NCBI GenBank assembly: GCA_048938025.1
Contig: JBHLMP010000046.1
Span: 1-31,195, forward strand
Length of the DNA stretch: 31,195 nt
Direction: 5' to 3'
Source of the DNA: Promethearchaeota archaeon
GTDB taxonomy: Archaea > Asgardarchaeota > Lokiarchaeia > Sigyniarchaeales > SOKP01
Positions 28,655 through 31,195 of this stretch are shown here, one piece after another. The notes under the pieces were generated by a model. That model was given only the letters and a program-made list of their open reading frames with translations. It ran no database searches and was not told where the DNA came from. The first letter of the stretch is position 1, and every line of letters begins with the position of its first letter. The position numbers and the translations under genes were made by a program.

Positions 28655-29677
28655 TTAAGTTTGAGATAATAATTCAATTAAAGCTCTTGGTATTTCTTTA
28701 TAATCCTTTACAGCATAAAATTTACCACGTCCCGCTTGAGCTAGATCTCTACATGTTTCAATACCTCTATCGGCATCATTCTCAGCAGGCATTCCAATAA
28801 CATGCAATTTTGGATATTTTTTTGCCAATTCAATAGGATCCTGCCCTCTATTACTTATGCCATCGCTTATAAGGATTCCAAAGCGATTTTTTCTATTTTC
28901 CTTTATTTTATTTAACTCTTTTAATCCCTTTTCTAATCCTATATAAATATTTGTAAAACCAACAGCCTCAGAATCTAAAATATCATCAATTATAGAACTA
29001 ATTGGCTTTTTCTGATTAATTTTTTTCATAACCATAGCAGTCGAATTAAATAAAACAATAGCAAAATCTTCCTTTTCCATATTATAAGCCAATACTGAAG
29101 TTGTAAGTGCCGCATTTAATAGTAAACGCCCATACATACTTCCACTAGTATCTAGAATCAATGCAACTTTTCTTTTTTGTCTTTTTCTTTCAATTCCATA
29201 AATATCTCGGTAACTTAAAGATCTATTAAGAATCTTTAATGGATTATGCTGAATAGTTTCATCCATATTGAATTCAGGCATTCCAATTTGGTAATATGGA
29301 ACAGTCTTTTTATATTGTCCCCTTATTCCTTTGCTTGTTATTTTTAATGATAATTTTAAAATACTTTGGCGTGCCAATCGTCTAAAAATCTTTTTATATT
29401 TTTCAGAAATTGGACGCCTGATGAAAAAGTAAATTTCTGGCATAAATTCTCCTGACTCTTTAGCTTTTTCTGAAAAGAATCTAACACCTTCATCAGTATC
29501 TATAGCATCTGTTGCTGCATACACATTTGATTTTAAAAGTCCGATTATAGCTTCAAGGTTTTTGTATTGAATTGCTACATATGTTAATTCTTTTATCTGC
29601 TTATAATCTAGAGAACTAGCTAAATGTTTATAATAATCAGGTTTTTTCTTTTTCTTTCTTATTATTTCATACCTCAA
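28655..29677 (-). CDS. von Willebrand factor A domain protein (CoxE/MoxR partner)
   Basis: MIDAS DTSGSM, GFTNI and ILISDG. The frame is open upstream to 29779, overlapping the end of moxR. Confidence 0.9.
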   Translation of the reverse strand: MRYEIIRKKKKKPDYYKHLASSLDYKQIKELTYVAIQYKNLEAIIGLLKSNVYAATDAIDTDEGVRFFSEKAKESGEFMPEIYFFIRRPISEKYKKIFRRLARQSILKLSLKITSKGIRGQYKKTVPYYQIGMPEFNMDETIQHNPLKILNRSLSYRDIYGIERKRQKRKVALILDTSGSMYGRLLLNAALTTSVLAYNMEKEDFAIVLFNSTAMVMKKINQKKPISSIIDDILDSEAVGFTNIYIGLEKGLKELNKIKENRKNRFGILISDGISNRGQDPIELAKKYPKLHVIGMPAENDADRGIETCRDLAQAGRGKFYAVKDYKEIPRALIELLSQT

Positions 29678-29763
29678 AATCTCTTTATCAGGTGGTCTTT
29701 CAGTAAGTCTAACGTGCAGTCTCTTCTCAATCTCTTCGGAATTTTCCTCTGAGAAATCATCGA

Positions 29764-30636
29764 TTATTGAAAATCCGATTCATTTAAAACAGCAAGAACA
29801 ATATTAGTAATTATTTCTTTTTTTGATTGAGTCAAACCATCTTCTAGTTCGATCTTATTATATAAGGACATTACAGCTGATTCAACCCAATTCTTTGAAC
29901 TATTATCATTACCATATTGACTAATTAAAGCAGCCATATCGATTGCTCCTCTAATAGAGCTCCCCCTACGTATTGATGTGTTTTCTCTTGTTTTTTGGAT
30001 TATATTTTGAGATATTGTAGCAATTTTATCGACATTGCCATCACTTAAATTCGCTTCTTGTTTAATAATTAGAATTTCTTCTTCGGGATTTTGATAATTT
30101 AATTTTATCCAAACAAATCGATCAACCAATGCTTCTCCTAATACAGTTACGCCTACATGAGCAGATGGATTTTGGGTTGCTATTACAAAAAAATCTTTAT
30201 GAGCATGAATAGTTTTTAATTTTGGAATTTCTAAAATTCCTTCATCCAATGCTGTTAATAATTCATTTTGAGTACTTTCAGGCATTCTATTGATTTCATT
30301 TATAAATAAACATCCTCCTTCTAACATAGCACGTACAAGTGAGCCTTGTACATAAGTATCTTCAATATATCCCTTTGCAATTACTAAAGGAGGATCAAAA
30401 TAACCGACAAGATTATGTGTGAGAGTTTCTTCTGAACAGTCAATACGATAAAAATTCCAATCAAAATAAGCGGCTACAGCTTTCGCAATAGTTGTTTTTC
30501 CTACTCCAACTTCTCCTTCTATTAATATATGTTTACCTACTGAGTGAGCTAAAAGAATTTGTTTTAACTCTTCTGTTCTACCAATTATCTTATATTTCTC
30601 TTGTATTTCTTTTACTATTTTGGTTGTATCAACCAT
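29764..30636 (-). CDS. moxR: MoxR-family AAA+ ATPase
   Basis: IIGR, Walker A GEVGVGKT, Walker B LFINEINR, QNELLTALDEG, VIATQNP, ALVDRF and SIRG. Confidence 0.92.
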   Translation of the reverse strand: MVDTTKIVKEIQEKYKIIGRTEELKQILLAHSVGKHILIEGEVGVGKTTIAKAVAAYFDWNFYRIDCSEETLTHNLVGYFDPPLVIAKGYIEDTYVQGSLVRAMLEGGCLFINEINRMPESTQNELLTALDEGILEIPKLKTIHAHKDFFVIATQNPSAHVGVTVLGEALVDRFVWIKLNYQNPEEEILIIKQEANLSDGNVDKIATISQNIIQKTRENTSIRRGSSIRGAIDMAALISQYGNDNSSKNWVESAVMSLYNKIELEDGLTQSKKEIITNIVLAVLNESDFQ

Positions 30637-30742
30637 ATGTCTTAGAATTAAACATATCTAAAATAATTTTGCATTAGAAAACTGGATATCTGATTTAAAA
30701 GATAAATAAATAGATGTAATTTTAGAAAAAGAAGGCTTTTAA

Positions 30743-31195
30743 TTAATTTAAAAATAGCTTTATTAACACCTTTTCTCCCTTCTTTAATCCTTCTTGATAG
30801 GGTGGAATCTCTACTATGCCATCTGATTCCGTTAATGAGCTAATTATTCCTGAACCTTTTAATCTAATAGGAATAGCAATAAAATCATTATCAGATTTTT
30901 CGATTTTCACACGAAGATGATTAACATACCCCATACTCGAAACAGGAACGTCTTTTATAATTGTAGCATAAATCTCTCTTCTCGGATCATGCTTAATACA
31001 CCCTAACATTTTTCTTATTGTTGGTCCTACAAACGTTAAAAATCCAATATAAGCTGCAACTGGGGTTCCAGGTAAACAAAAAATTATAGTACTATCTTTA
31101 TGACCAATTAAAATTGGCGAACCTGGTCTCATGGCAATTCCATGGGTTAAAACTACAACATTTTCATACATAATTTCTGGCAATAAATCTTTAGT
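30743..31195 (-). CDS. moeA: Molybdopterin molybdotransferase, C-terminal part (5'-truncated by window)
   Basis: HGIAMRPGSP, IFCLPGTPVAA and GSGIISSLTESDGIVEIP...EGLKKGEKV. The frame is open to the window edge. Confidence 0.9.
   Translation of the reverse strand, partial: TKDLLPEIMYENVVVLTHGIAMRPGSPILIGHKDSTIIFCLPGTPVAAYIGFLTFVGPTIRKMLGCIKHDPRREIYATIIKDVPVSSMGYVNHLRVKIEKSDNDFIAIPIRLKGSGIISSLTESDGIVEIPPYQEGLKKGEKVLIKLFLN

Noticed and set aside
29674-29760. ATG at 29760 as the vWA start codon
   Set aside because: It is in a different frame from the vWA ORF and hits TGA after 28 codons.
187-30677. Short antisense or nested ORFs in the track (e.g. 187-417, 2145-2459, 2664-2876, 5086-5382, 8143-8379, 17801-18052, 23170-23463, 23840-24739, 27687-27884, 30492-30677)
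   Set aside because: They overlap well-supported genes, show no motifs, and are the expected shadow ORFs.
1-31195. Mobile elements, prophage, rRNA/tRNA genes
   Set aside because: I saw no transposase, integrase or capsid ORFs, and no GC-rich structured intergenic segment long enough for a tRNA or rRNA.

Overview
This is a very AT-rich, gene-dense archaeal chromosomal segment, most likely from a Lokiarchaeote (Asgard). The assignment rests on two eukaryote-like small GTPases, a longin-like protein, a Loki/PGF-CTERM surface protein, and PAC2, Nre and DUF2070 genes. About 30 CDSs are present; I saw no rRNA, tRNA, CRISPR array or mobile element. Main highlights: (1) a moxR-vWA junction where a G_GAT_TTT slippery heptamer sits in a 16-nt -1-frame overlap, a candidate programmed frameshift giving a ~660-aa AAA+/vWA fusion; (2) a translationally coupled Arf/Rag-like GTPase plus longin-winged-helix pair, preceded by a palindrome and a stand-alone 7TM gene; (3) an MFS transporter with a ~300-aa helical tail; (4) an ACP-less transporter/acyl-CoA ligase/KAS III operon; (5) tandem atypical DRE-TIM synthases; (6) a 55-aa tail-anchored coiled-coil ORF missing from the ORF track. 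All family calls come from reading motifs by eye; no database searches were run.
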